A stretch of 64,000 bases of DNA, from contig NW_027590128.1 of NCBI RefSeq assembly GCF_964213995.1, positions 1,488,001 to 1,552,000 on the forward strand, read 5' to 3'. The translations under genes were made by a program, and so were the position numbers. The notes beneath the pieces were generated by a model that had not been told where the DNA came from, did no database searches, and was given only the letters and a program-made list of their open reading frames with translations. Source of the stretch: Mustelus asterias (lineage: Eukaryota). This document shows positions 63,816 through 64,000 of the stretch, piece after piece. The first letter of the stretch is position 1. Each line of letters starts with the position of its first letter.

Positions 63816-64000
63816 TAAACTTAAAAAGATTACCCCTCATTCTTCTAAACTCCAATGAGTACAGGCTCAACCGTTCCCAATAACACAACACCTTCCCAGG
63901 TATTAGACTGGTGATCCAGTATAACGTGGGAAAATGTGAACTTGTCCACTCAGACAGAAAGAACAGAAAAAGCAGCAGCTTATTTAAATGAATTGCAGAA

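Overview
Eukaryotic DNA, almost certainly from a shark. The evidence is an elasmobranch-type IgM constant region, HE1-like V-SINEs and CR1/Rex1/Penelope repeats; the species cannot be determined. The left end holds IgM heavy-chain C-mu1 (frameshifted) and C-mu2 exons on the minus strand, with no V/D/J visible upstream, plus a candidate short terminal exon after C-mu2. The rest is a birth-and-death cluster of about 10 C2H2 zinc-finger genes and pseudogenes, each with one coding exon and no recognisable effector domain. They fall into two classes with two recurring promoter modules and are heavily interrupted by retroelements. The main points of interest are: (i) Penelope pseudo-LTRs carrying minimal hammerhead ribozyme cores, repeatedly inserted in ZNF 5' regions and twice at the same paralogous position; (ii) a 23 x 8-aa Cys/Thr coding repeat grown from a zinc-finger linker; (iii) a 29-bp promoter-attached VNTR at 65, about 0 and 20 copies in three paralogous promoters; (iv) deletion junctions that fuse ZNF paralogs. 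The long repetitive ORFs in the track are artefacts of tandem repeats and N gaps.
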